Shown here: one piece after another, positions 26,966-39,200 of the stretch
Layout: the number at the start of each line of letters is the position of its first letter
How positions within the stretch are numbered: the first letter of the stretch is position 1
From: Raillietiella orientalis
Lineage: Eukaryota
Reading direction: 5' to 3'
Assembly (NCBI GenBank): GCA_036172245.1
Contig: JAYWIR010000015.1
Location: forward strand, 3,348,001 to 3,412,000
Length of the DNA stretch: 64,000 bases
Translations under genes and position numbers: made by a program
Notes under the pieces: model-generated
What the model saw: the letters and a program-made list of their open reading frames with translations, nothing else
Database searches by the model: none
Told to the model about the DNA's origin: nothing

Positions 26966-28129
26966 AGAATGATTTTTTATAACGTTTCTTTAAAATTCCA
27001 CGATCTTCATGGAGTTCCTGAGCCTCACTCTGTAAAGTCGTTATTTCCTCATTCTTCGGTCATGTGTGGTCATCACCTTCCGTTCATCCATCCACTAATC
27101 CCGACGAATTCAACGCAAATCTTGTGGAATCTATGCATGTACTCGGACTTTGCAAGAACTCACAGTCTAGAACTTCCGTCGATCCGCTGCTAACCTGGAA
27201 CCCAAAAGACTTCCACTAACCATCCATCGGTGTTCATCATATCACCGTTCAGAAATTCAAGAGGCGCACTGGCTGCTTGGGATGACGGCAAGTGGACAAA
27301 ATGCAAACGCAAACACGGGTCGAGGTTTGTTTTCTTGAAGGCAGTCCAGAAAGAGATCTGTGCATCCTCCACGCCATCCCTCACCGACTCCAAACGAAAA
27401 CGAAAACGTCGATTCCTTTCGCTCTCACGACGACAGGTCGTAGACGGGTACGCTGCCCGACGTGTTTCGCGTTCCATTGGCTCCGTGCACAGTCTCTGAC
27501 GGCTGCATCCGCTTCGCCGAGCATCACGAGGAAGGATACGTCACGCTGCTGCTGGAGCAATACGGCCACTTCCAGCTTCTAATGCAGGTACCTATATCTC
27601 TGACAATCTCAGACGGTTCCCTGTCAGTAGGAGCGGTCCTGAGGTATCACATCCAGCTGCACAGTAGAGTACCACACAGCGTGTTCGCAATCATCTGCGC
27701 AGCAGGTAAACACCATGGCAACAATGCACCCGTCATTTTGAATCAATTATGGAGGGGAGCGCGCGGATGGCGGCACAATGTATCAACGGGAAATTCCCGT
27801 ACGAATTGATTCGGATAACCAGCATCCATATAAGTACAGCAAAGCATAAAAGTCACTCCCAGACTCAATTAGTCAACAGCGAGATCTCTTCCCGTGAGTG
27901 GCATGGAAGAAGACGCCGGATACTTTTCGGGGGGTCTCTTCGTTCTGGGGGCTGAGAGTTCGGTCAGATGAAGGGAAAGTCGTTCTGATGAAACATCGCA
28001 ACGACCACAGACGGGATGTCATGACTTAAGCAATTGGGAAGTGGATCGTACGAGAGCACCAACCCACCACCAACACTATTGGATTGTGAACTGAGAGGGG
28101 GGAGGGGAACTCCACTGCGAGATACAGCA

Positions 28130-28660
28130 CGATGCGCAGAACCAGATGGGATGAGCAGGAATGCTCTTTGTCAGGAGACTGTGATCCTCTGTCTCCGTCC
28201 TTCGCGTCTACTCTTCGATTCAGGAGCCAACCCTATTTCTGAGGAAAACCCTCAAATTCCGCTTCAGACCGCAGTGTGTTCCCGATCTTGCCACAAACGT
28301 CCCTTCGGGAAGGATGCCGATGGCTGCTCCGGAAATTACGAGCTCAACTCCTTGTTTCCGCTACCAGAATTCTTTGTGCCATCCGCGATTTCAATTTTGA
28401 AATTTGCAGCCAGAAAAGGGGGGGACTGACTTGATCCTTCATTTTTCCGAACTTTGAAAATCACGGGCACACGGGGCTGGATTTGGAAAACAGGATGTTT
28501 AGAAAATTCACAAGTGATCCCAAGTATGAAACGAGCAATCATTTGGGTTACTACTTTCAAGCAGAAGTTTGGGGCACGGTGCTTCCTATGAAGAGGGATT
28601 TCTCCCCGGCCACTAGGAAGATGCCACTAATTTGGCGATGCATGCAGACATTATCCGAGT
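28130..28660 (+). pseudogene. Decayed PPR fragment ending in E-like motif
   Basis: SRNALCQETVIL, SRLLFDS, EVWGTVL and FGDACRH in shifting frames. Confidence 0.4.
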
Positions 28661-29229
28661 GGATGCACCCTTTCTGATTAATAGCTGGGCTCCATATGTG
28701 CCCTTCGGTCAAAATCGGATTCCAAATTCAACTGTTCACTTTCCTAACATTCTACTAATATCATCTTCCTATCTTGACTTTCTAACTGTGTGTGGTCTCG
28801 GCCGTTTGCAGGTAAGATGGATTCCGCTCAAACCAACTGCTCGGGAACTCAGAACATCCTTTTAATCAAGGCACACCCATCGGATCGCACGTCGAAATAG
28901 CATACTTTTCGAAAAATAGCATACAATGTAATGCGAATTCCTCAATCTGGAAGTAGCTTTCTGGAACCTCTCCGAGATAATTCAGCACCATTCTCCTCTT
29001 GCCCTGGTGCAACCGAGCACACTTCCCTGGTGTTCGAAAAATAGCTCCACTGTTCAGTTCTTCCATACTACTGTGATAAGAGTTTCCAGACCCCCGAAAC
29101 ATTCAATGAGCTGCTGCTGCCAATAGCAACGGCTTTCCATTTTGGACTCTCGGCTGTCTTTTTGGAAGAAATTGATCCTTTTCTTAAATGCACAAACTCC
29201 AACCGATAAGCCTTCTCGAACCGGTTGTT

Positions 29230-29510
29230 CGGTGTACGTCTGTGTGCTTTACAAAGCAAAGATCGCCAGTCCAACCAGCGTGCCTCTCTGGGGTGTTGCG
29301 GTTTCGGGCGCGGTACTGTTACAGCTTCCGATCCCAGGGAGCTTCGGGAGAGCGGAATTTCCAGATTCAAGTCAATGTTTCTTGTCCACAGCTATTCAAG
29401 ACACGGGAATGCGCAGTTGTGCGCACTGTGCATTTCTATGTACTTTGCCAAATCCTACAAGATGTGCTCTCGAGGAGCTCACTGGAAGTGATCTGCACTC
29501 ATTTTTTCAA
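29230..29510 (-). pseudogene. Decayed PPR L2/E fragment
   Basis: EKMSADHF followed by LDWRSLLCKAHR, resembling F.SM..DHG and W.SLL.ACK.H. Confidence 0.4.
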
Positions 29511-30599
29511 CAGAGCGTCTCACTAGAATCGCCATCAGTCAGTCGCCATCTCGCATTTCCTCCATTGCTGAGCAGTTCTTGATTTGCAAACGTTGAATTG
29601 TCAACGATTTGTTTTTGTTTTTTTTTCCTTTTGATCGAACCTTCATCTCCATAATCTTCTTCGAAAAGATTTCCTTCCTTCAGCGCTCCTCGGTCTCAAA
29701 GCTGGCAAGTTGCAATTATCTTGCATCATCCTTGATGCGATCAGTCTGGAAGGGATTCCACGTAGGCTGGTTCATCGAAGTTTCCGGAAACCTTTTGCTC
29801 TTCACCCCGAGTTCGATGCAATAAATGAAATTCGCCATATATCCAGAAATCCAGATCACCCACGGCCATACACGTCACTGCTGAGACATTCTGGTGGTCA
29901 TCGGAGGGCGCTCACAGTAAAACATGCAACGAATTCCTTTACAAACAGAGCAAACTGGTCGTGGTACAACCCAAAGTCAGCAGCAGTTCAGGTAATGAAA
30001 TTTCAGAAACTCTGTTCATGCGGAATTGGCCGTCAGAGCTGATTAATTCTCCACCTCATTCAAGAAACTCAAGGAAAAGTGGCCCAGTCAAGTGCATAGA
30101 GTCTCTTTGCCACTCTTAACGAGTAGTCCAATCTACGAAATCCCTTGCTTTCATTCCAGCGTTGCATAGTAAATATGAAGTCCTACCAGGATGGACTCTT
30201 TTTTCTTTTTTCCTTCTCTTGGGAAGAACAAACTTGGAATTCCTGCTTGGCATTAGGGATGAAGAGGCTCAACAGACTTCGTTACAGAGCTCTGGCCAGT
30301 TCATCATGTTGAGAATCTGGAAAATCATTCGATGTAAATTGCAACTCTGAGATTCGTTTCAGATATGCTTTCAGAAGGCGTTCGGAGATGTCTTGATCAT
30401 TTTTTTAGACAGAATTCACTTAGAAGATGAAACGCTTTTTACATCACATTTGTTGTTCCTAAGAGTAAGCAGGTGAATTCCCAGAAACATCGCTCAAGGA
30501 GACTGACTCCAGGTGGGCGACCTGAGATACATTGGCTAACAATCTGCATGCAAAGTGCAATGTGTGCAGTGTGACCATCGTAACTCTCTACTGTCTCCT

Positions 30600-30717
30600 T
30601 GGAATGGTGGCAGCTCCAAGCTACCCCGAAAGGGACTATCCTCATGGTTACTTTCTTTCTGCAAATCCCGAAGAGGTGGTCGTACATGACGACATCTGAG
30701 GAGAAACTTGCCAGCAT
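30600..30717 (-). pseudogene. Decayed PPR fragment with E-like start
   Basis: ASFSSDVVMYDHLFGIC and TMRIVPFGVAWSC resemble GF.SDVV..N.L and MP+.P..VAW. Confidence 0.5.
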
Positions 30718-32309
30718 CCTGAAAAGGGAGCAGTTCGTGACACCTTACGCTGCTCCTCCATTCATAAAGACGTCTACTTCTTTGCATCTTCATGTTTTCT
30801 CTCCCTTTCCAGCTTCTCGAAGCAGACTTCGTTGGACAGCCTTCTGCTTAGCATTAGAGCAACACTCGTCGGGGCATTCAGAGTTCCACTATGGGTAAGT
30901 GACTTTTTTCTTCTATATGACCTCTTATTTGTGAATGCTATTTTACAATGGACGTCCCGGTGTCACCGGGTGCAATAAAGGTACTCTTAGAGAGAGCCAC
31001 GCCCTTAGACAGTCACGTAAACTCGTGAGAAAAATTCGAATTTCAGAGCCCGTATGCTGATCAAAGCGAGAAAACCAACTTTTCATCTACTCGAAAGGAG
31101 CCTCAGCGCCAAAGATTTAATATCTCTATCCACAGAGTTTCGTCGATAGAACATTGCCGGATACACTTCCAGTTCTCAAGAGCTCCTGGATCCAACGCGT
31201 GCCAGGCGAGATGTCAGCCCTGAAGAGCTCGTCACACTATTCCATCACGCGATCTCTTAATTTTGAGATCATGTCAAGGCGATCTCGCTCCTCTTGCTGC
31301 TCCTCGACGTTCGATCCCAGTGCAGATACAAATATCGAGGAAACTGTGATGTCCTTTTTCTTTTGATACGCAGCTTCCAGTAAAAACACGTCAGAAATTA
31401 CATACGAATTCTTCTCACTATATCAACCAATTCTCAATCTACAAGTCACATTTAACGTGCCCTCTAAACTCGAATTCTAGTCGAACATGGGAGTGCTTTC
31501 ATAGATACCCACGGTGTTCTTTAGTCACCGGAGATTCAAAGGGACCTTTTCCATTAAACTCTGCGCCCATTTTCTGGAACTCTTTGAATTGCTCGGATTG
31601 GAAGCCCTACAAAAGTCCTTTCTCCTTACAATGTTGTTTTTACGAAGTTACTTCTGCCAAGTATATGGAACTTCGGATGCCTTTCCAAACTATCAGGATC
31701 CGGACCGAAAGACGCGGGCACTTTGATGGCCGCTTAGGATCCGTGGGCACTGTTCTTAGTTTTCATTTGAATCAGACACCTCGCGCCACTTGCGGCTTCT
31801 AAAGCAGTGGCCTAGGTTGAAACTGGATCCAGCTAATCTCCAATTTTGCTCCAAGGTCGTCTGATTTTTCTCTCTCGCTCCATGGCATATGTTTCTGGAT
31901 TGCATTTCGTGGTGAGAATCTTGGAGTTTTCTCAGCTTCAGCTCGGATTTTTCTTCCTTCGGCAGTCTCAGTAGACGGAAAGCCTACTTCACAAACTCCT
32001 GTCAAAACCCTTCTTTTCTTTTCTTGCAATTTTTTTTTTTGGTTTTTTTCAGGAGTTTGGAGACATGGTTTCTTGGCATGCAAATGCTTTGGCCTGCTGG
32101 GAGCTGATTTCTTGATGGTAGCGTTGGCTGATCCTATCCTGTAAAGTTCAAGCTGGTCGGCATTTCCCGTTGAAACCAGTAGGGGTGGGCCATTCACGAT
32201 GACTTCTGCTAAACCCGCAGTAATCTACAGTCAGTCATGTGGTTTCCAGGGTTCAAATGAACGCCGAGCACGAAGCTACTGCATGGCATCATTGTGGATT
32301 CGTTTCGTA

Positions 32310-32600
32310 TCCAGCGTTTGAAGCTGCCAGATGCAAGATTGCATTCCTGTGAGAGCGGCCAATCAGAAAATGCTGTTCACTGTGCTTGCATCTCGACTGC
32401 TTCGATTATGCATATTGCCTGGTTGGCAAGACAGGAAGGACAACACTGCTTTCGGCATTATTGGAGGAGTCCTTCTATTTTCACTGCGTGAAACCCTACG
32501 GCAACGCACTGGAGATCTGGAATCTGCATACATCATCTATCCAGAAATGATGTCATGTCTAATGGGGGGGGGGATGATTTCTTTTGACGCTGAAAATCTT
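32310..32600 (+). pseudogene. Decayed PPR S fragment
   Basis: GQSENA and RTGDLESAYIIYPEM...ISFDA resemble GDLESA..+F..M...+ISW.A. Confidence 0.45.
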
Positions 32601-33489
32601 TGATTCTGATGGAAAGGACCACTGATCTATTTCGGCATGATTCGAGAAGCACGGAAGCAACAGGCTGACTTGCTTTTGTGAGATTGGTCTTTGAGGAAGC
32701 ATCTCAAGAATATCATTCCTCGCGAAGGGTTACGCGACAGAAATCGAGGAAGACATTTTTCCAGGAAAGTTCTCAAAATTTTTTCTTTCATTCGGATCGG
32801 AAAAGAGCGATCGAATGTCGATACCAAGAGAACGGATGAAGATGCCTGCTACTGAGTAGGCATCGATAGCATCTCAACGCAATCTGCTAAACCCATCGAG
32901 ACTAAAACGACTCAGTACTTCAAAGGAATCGAAGCAAGTTTCATAGATCACAAAGTTTCCCTATATAATAACAATAATTCGTCATTGATTAAGGGATGCA
33001 AGAAGCAAAGCTTGTGACTTTTGGCTGGAGCACTGTTGCAAAAGACTTCCACACATATGTGAATGACACACCAAGTCTTGGTCGTCTTTTGCGGGAATAA
33101 TCGACGCAAACTGTTATCTTATAAAGTTGTCGAAAACATTATCTGTGAGAGGAGGAATTGACGGAATTACTTGCAACCAGACGAACAAGGCACTTTGCAA
33201 TTCCTCCCGAACTAGCTAGCTTCTTTAATATCTTTGTCAACACGAAAAGTGTATGTATAAGAGGAAAAGTAACCCTGCAGCGGAAAGCCTGCACTACGGT
33301 TCCGAACGGCCCTCGGGGAACCATGGATCCCATTACGATAGCCTACTCCAGTTTTAGACAGCCAGAGAGCAGGATGCACCTTGTTTGCAGGGGCAATCGT
33401 GGCGGAAACTTTTCAAGGCTCGTGTCCAATTTGCTGGAGGTCCAGCCATGGACAAATGCGAAAAGGAAATCTCTTCGGTTTTCATAACC

Positions 33490-33880
33490 AGATAGTACCC
33501 AGGAAGAACCAACCCCTCTGCGGAGCGACCTCGAAGCAAAACCACTGCAAAAGCGTAGCGCACAAATTGCCTAGCGCGTCCAAGTGCATCGCTCATCGAG
33601 CTCAGGTGTGTGCAGAATAGGGAGCGCGAGAAGTTGAGGAGACCTAAGAAAAACCAAAGAGTCTTTCGCCTAGCGAATTCTGGAACTGCTCCTTCAGAAA
33701 GTGCTCCTCGGGTTTCAAGCTTCAGTGCACCGGTTCAGAGGATTTCCTGCACCAGAGAGAAAACAAGCAAAAGCCCCTCGGTCCACGGGATTACGCTGAA
33801 GCTTTCAGAAGTTTTATCATTTCTTTTTCAACCCTGTGGCATGCTTTTCCTCGAAAAGATTCGTTCCGTCAACAAGGGAA
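33490..33880 (-). pseudogene. Decayed PPR fragments
   Basis: ERIFSRKSMPQG*KRN...VIPWT, SDALGRARQF and GRSAEGLVL. Confidence 0.4.
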
Positions 33881-34339
33881 GGTCACTGGATTGCTTTCCG
33901 AACCTGACACAATGATTGGAGTGCTCGTTGTTTGCAGATCTTGATGAGAAGCATCGAATCCATTAATCTAATGAAGGTTCTTGTCTTTGATTTCTTTAGG
34001 TCGACATTCTTTCACATCTTCATTAGGAAGCCGATGAATTTCGTAAAAGCAACTTTGAATTTCAGTCTGCTTCCAGATCAAACATCGCATCAGAGGCAAC
34101 CGGAAAGGAATCGGTGGGAGGCTGATGCATTTTCGTTGGTAATGAAAAGATTAGAAAATTTGGAGCTGAAGAAGAGAATGCTTCGAGTACACATTTACTA
34201 GCCTACACCTGAGTGTGCGGTGAAAGGACACCTGAGAACATCCCCTGAGTTCACAGGTGATGTTTTCAGGTGTTCCCCAACTGCCAGCTTTCGGTGTGCT
34301 TTTTGCAGAGACGGAGGACCACCGAGGGCCGTTTTTTGC

Positions 34340-34440
34340 AAAGTACTACAATCTGCACACGAGTTGACTGGGAACCTCCCCCCCTTCCCTCCTGGAAAAA
34401 AACAAGAAAAGGAAACGTGTCCTTACGTGGTGATTGTGCC
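34340..34440 (+). pseudogene. Decayed PPR S2/E motif
   Basis: VLQSAHELTGNLPPFP (34343-34390) then PYVV (34421-34432) resemble L..A.EL+..MPF.P...PYVLL, with most of the intervening E motif missing. Confidence 0.5.
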
Positions 34441-34699
34441 AACATCGGATGAGAAATTTTTTGCCTCTTCAATGCAACCGGGCAGTGTGAAGGGCAGGCG
34501 TCTGGAACCGCTTGTTCGGCTGCGTCCTGCGCGCATCCACTTAGCTATCCCTCCCTGCGTCGAACATCTGTCCGCATACCTAAGAATCCCCTCCGAGAAG
34601 CTGCGACGTCCCGAGCAATCCTTGAGTATCTCCTAGGCTCCGCAGCATTCCTCCCCTGCCATGCCATTCAGTCAGGTGCTGCGGACCCGTTCCCTTGCC

Positions 34700-35600
34700 G
34701 GCGCCTGTTCCCGCCGCGTGTCGTCATCCTCGAGCGCCATCATCGCGCTGATCCCTCAGCATCCCCCAGGAACACATCTACCAAGTCGGAGACCAAGCTC
34801 CCGTGGCCGCTCTTCTCATTCGTTCCTTCATCTCCAGCTCCGCATGCCCCTTCCGCGTTTCCCCTTCCGCAAGATTGCCTCGGTTCCATGTGAGCGGGAG
34901 TCTGGGAACGATTCCCGCTCCCCCTTCAGGATCCGAGAGAATTCACGCGCCCGCTCTTGAAATTGCGGAGCTCCGGGCAACTTCAGGAACAGGGATGTCT
35001 TTCACCGAGGCTTGGCTTTGCATCTGAAAGACAAATTGCTCTGAGTTGAAACTTGACATTTGCTTCTTCCACGTGCTGCCTCTCTGTAAAAGAAGCGCGC
35101 GACACCTGATATATGCAGCGGCTGAAACGTGCAACTTTTCCGTGTCCTTGGCAATTACAGATGACATCTTTGATAAACACAAGAATTGAAAACTTGGGGC
35201 CGAGCATGATAGGGCTGACTCTAAGATTAGAACGCCGCTGAACGCTTCCGATTCAATGAGATTAGGATCCGTTCGAGAATTCCCCGGATCCGTTCCCGGC
35301 TGATTGCCCGCGTGCACGATGTCCCCGCGCCGCTTCCCGATCTAAGCGTCTCCTGCCGGAAGCGAAGGTGGCGGAAGCGCCGCGCAGTGCCTCCAGCACG
35401 CACGTATCGAGCAGCATGGGGGGGGGGGGGGGGGCAACGGGATCGGCGACTGCCCACTCTTGTCCTAGGAGCGCCTTTGGCGTTCCCCCCGTCCGTCTGC
35501 AAATTCGGGTTCTCACTGGAAACCGGCACTGTACCTTCCTGCATGCAGGCCGACAGAAGAGGACCGTGAGGAAGCCCTTCGCGCCGTCCACGTGCCACGT
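34700..35600 (-). pseudogene. Decayed GC-rich PPR relic
   Basis: FLTVL / LSACMQEG across a frameshift (~35530-35580), then IVHA and RGNLAEG. Interrupted by a G17 run at 35418-35434. Confidence 0.5.
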
Positions 35601-35673
35601 CCACACGCTAATCATTCTGTAAACGAAGGCTTTTCCTTCCGTCAGCAAATAACTAAATACCCGCACCTTTCGG

Positions 35674-35698
<25 letters not shown>
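35674..35698. repeat. (GA)n microsatellite, about 12 units
   Basis: Visible directly in the sequence. Confidence 0.95.
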
Positions 35699-35704
<6 letters not shown>

Positions 35705-36023
35705 AGATGGGGGAGAAAAACAAGGCCGCGAAAGACGAGGTGTGGTGCGAGCAACCGCGTGCAGTAAAAGCAGATTACAGAGCTCTCTGGGATATCCCCA
35801 GAGGAAAGTACCCGGAAACTTAGAAAAATGCCATGCTGGCGCCGGTGCCGCGATTGTTTACCTACGCCAAGAACCGGCTCTCTCGAAACGCCTGCTCTGA
35901 GCATCTTCAATCCTTGATTCGTCACCGCAGAGAAGCGAAACGTCATGGGTCGATCAGATTCGTATCAAAGAGCTTATTGATCCTCCTCTTTTCAGGAACA
36001 CGTCGACCCTGCTCATCGCGTGC

Positions 36024-36254
36024 GTGGCCATAGTGTGTCACAGACGCGGAGGAGCGGGCTCCATTCATGCGTTCCTCTCACCTGCAACGGGACTGCTACA
36101 TTCACTTCATCAACAACTCAGAAACGCAGGAACCAGAGATTTTATGAGGAACCACGAAGTGGCTGCTGTCGCTACCTATCCATTCTACGCAGGGATTCTC
36201 AAATCCCAGCGGCGGATGCTGGTTTCAATCAACCACGGCATCTTGCAAAAATGA
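36024..36254 (+). pseudogene. Decayed PPR L/L2 fragment
   Basis: GAGSIHAFLSPATGL and RMLVSINHGI resemble G..IHA.+...GL and F.SM..DHGI. Confidence 0.4.
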
Positions 36255-39200
36255 AGATGCCTGCAAGTCCGGCGTTCATGAAGGATGTGATGCCTGAAAC
36301 CGGGAGATAAGGAAAAAAGGGAGAAGAAAGTCTCCCGAAAATTTTCTGGAGAATCCAGGAGGAGACTCTCGAAACTGGGAGCACGCAAATGCAAAATTCG
36401 CCTTCTTCGAAGGTGCTGAAGGTTCTTAAGATAAGGAGATTGTCCTGAGCAAGGCATGGAGGTGCATTCAGCACTTGACCGGCTCCAGGAGCCTTGCAAT
36501 TATCGATTCTCATCCTGAAAGTCATCCCGCGAGAAGTGACGCACTCGAAGGAACGGTGGCAAAATCGGTATGTGGGCTTAACCTTGAGTGACTGACACAG
36601 AGCCAGCAGAAAAAGACCACGAATTCTGACTGGATTGGACAGCTCGAGATGATCGTGGAGCCTGAAGGATCCAGCATTTCCCTCCAGCTTGGGATTCCCG
36701 AGGGTATTTGATAACCATTTGGTCCATCCATTGCTCATTTGCATTTTCAGAGCAGGTGCTCTGTCGCACTTCCCAACGAATCGACAACTCTTGGAAAAGC
36801 CTTGGAAAGTACCAAACTTACGGAGACTGAATATTCAGTCCATCTTGGAAACCTCACGATAATGCTGAGGCGTAGTTTTACGACGGCCTACCCACTTCCT
36901 CTGGCAAGTTATGCAAAGCTGAATTCCAGAGGTGGTTCTCGACTTTTTCTGAATGCACATCACAAAAAAAACCTCAAGGAAGACAAGAAGATGGTGCGGT
37001 ATCCTCCATTGAAAGGAATGCTATCTTCTCAGTCAAAATCCACTTTCCTGTTTGCTGTCCGTGCAGCACGAAAGCTGATTTTCATTTGAATTCGGTAAGT
37101 CCCTCAAGAAATGTGGCACTGATTGGTTTCCGATGAAAATCTTCGGCTGTACCTACTCATTGCAGATCCTTTCCTGACCGGCGCGAACACCGCGCGCATT
37201 ATGTTCATACTCAGAGTTTACCGGAACACTCGTGAACGTGGAAGACCAGCGGTCAGAACCGGAAAACCACGATGATGCCAACAACGCCTCTCAGAGTGAT
37301 CACACGAGAACGTTCGTGCTTGTTGCGGAGGAGACTTGCAGATGAATTTCCTTCTCTTTCTGAAGACTTAAGCATGTCTTTGCGAATGCCGATGAGTTTT
37401 CGAGTGGTCCAAAATTGAACTCCAGAAAGTACTTGCCATCCAACCTCCCAAGGCCCTTCCACAGACCACTAAAAGCACATAGAAAAGTTACGGACCGCAA
37501 TCCTCAGGATGCTTCCACACTTTGCAATCACTTTAATGTAGCAGCAAGCTGCTTTTCCTGATGACCCACCGAATTCTTTTTCCGTGGTACCTACTGATGC
37601 TGCATTTCTCCAGTTCCCATTTAAAGGAAAAATCACTTTTCAGTCAGAGATACAATTTCTTTGAAAGTGTTCCAGATCTCGGAACCCAACTCACGTTCGA
37701 GATTAGTGATTTTTTTTGCAGATTTGTGAATGATTTATCTGTGAAGTAGCTGGAAGAGCACGACGGACCTCGCAAAGATTTGGAGGATCAGCAATATCTT
37801 GAGATCATCCCAGATATTCCTTTAAAACAAATCGGGTGCTTCGGTAACTTCCTACTTAATCAGCAAAATTAGCATGTGGCTGCGCTCATTCTTCATATAA
37901 TATTTCACGATAACGTTATCCTGTGAATAAGGGGAAATGTCATCTCCCTCATTACCGAAAGGACACGAGAATGGGAGTGCCAGGACCAGTTTTCCATCAA
38001 ATCGAGAATGGCTTTTTATACTAATGCTCTAATTAGAACTTGTCATTATCAGTGATTCCGCTAAAGATGCTAATGTCTTTTCGCATTAGTGGTGTGCGAT
38101 TTCACCGGGGCGCTTTCGCGAAGAAAAAATCTTTCCGAAGAATGCGGAGAAGACCCCTGAAAACGTCATGAGTATTTTTCAGATCTCCCGTGAAGAATGC
38201 TATTGGTGTGGATCAAAATGACAAAAGCAAAGACATTTCTTGCAGGCTCACGTGGGTGTCGAGAGCTTTGTCGCCGTTTCGCGGCCTGACCCGCAGCATG
38301 TCATCAGCTGGTGAACCCATCGATTGCCTAGGCTCGCGAAGCTGGGATAGCAGTTGTCATCCCTTGACTGCGTTTCGCCTTTTCCTTTGTTTCCCAGTTG
38401 TACTCGCGCGTGCTTTCCGGCCTGCATCTGCAAGGTACCTGGACCTCTCTGCTTTTGATCTGCTAATCGCAAAGAGCTCAGCCACATGCGGGTACCTGAA
38501 AGTCTCCGTTCTCCACAGCGCAAATACAAGACTGGCAAATATGGGCAGCAGTAGGAAAGAAAACATCGTGGTCCAAAGAGTTTTCATTAATCCGTAAGTG
38601 TTCATCTCCCTGATTCAAACAGGAGAGTTCGCTTACCTCGTTAAGAAATGAACAAGCGTGTTGAGCTGCCTTACTTTCAAGGAGAGCCCCTGCTTGTGAC
38701 CTCTTTGTGTTTTTCCGTGTTTCCGCACGACACATGTGCAAACACGCCAATCGGCTTCTTAAAGATCGTATGCTGTTCTGGATGCTGAAGTATCAGCTCC
38801 ATTCTTTCAAAGCGACATCTTTGAACAGCTAGAAGATCCGATTTATGGTTGCATCCTCCCCTCGCATCTTCATCTTTTTCTTTTTAAGGGAATCGCAGGG
38901 AGTTCAGCTTTCGGAGGTGCTCTCAAGTGCCTTCCTTCAATGGATTGCCGTCATCTGAAATGAAATGCTATCCCCATGCCGAACTCCGAGCTCCAAGACC
39001 ATGAGCGATTCATTGAGTCATCAAGAAGAGGAGAACTGGACTTCGTATGCCACTTCGAGGACCCTGCAGCAGCGAAGGAGTGTCCGAGACTTCCCAAGGA
39101 GAGCAAATATCGAGGACTGGCTTTCCATTAAGGAGTGACAGCCTCGGTATGTCTACTTGCCGTAGGATCCCTGGGAGCCTGGCAGCGGAACAAGGAACAG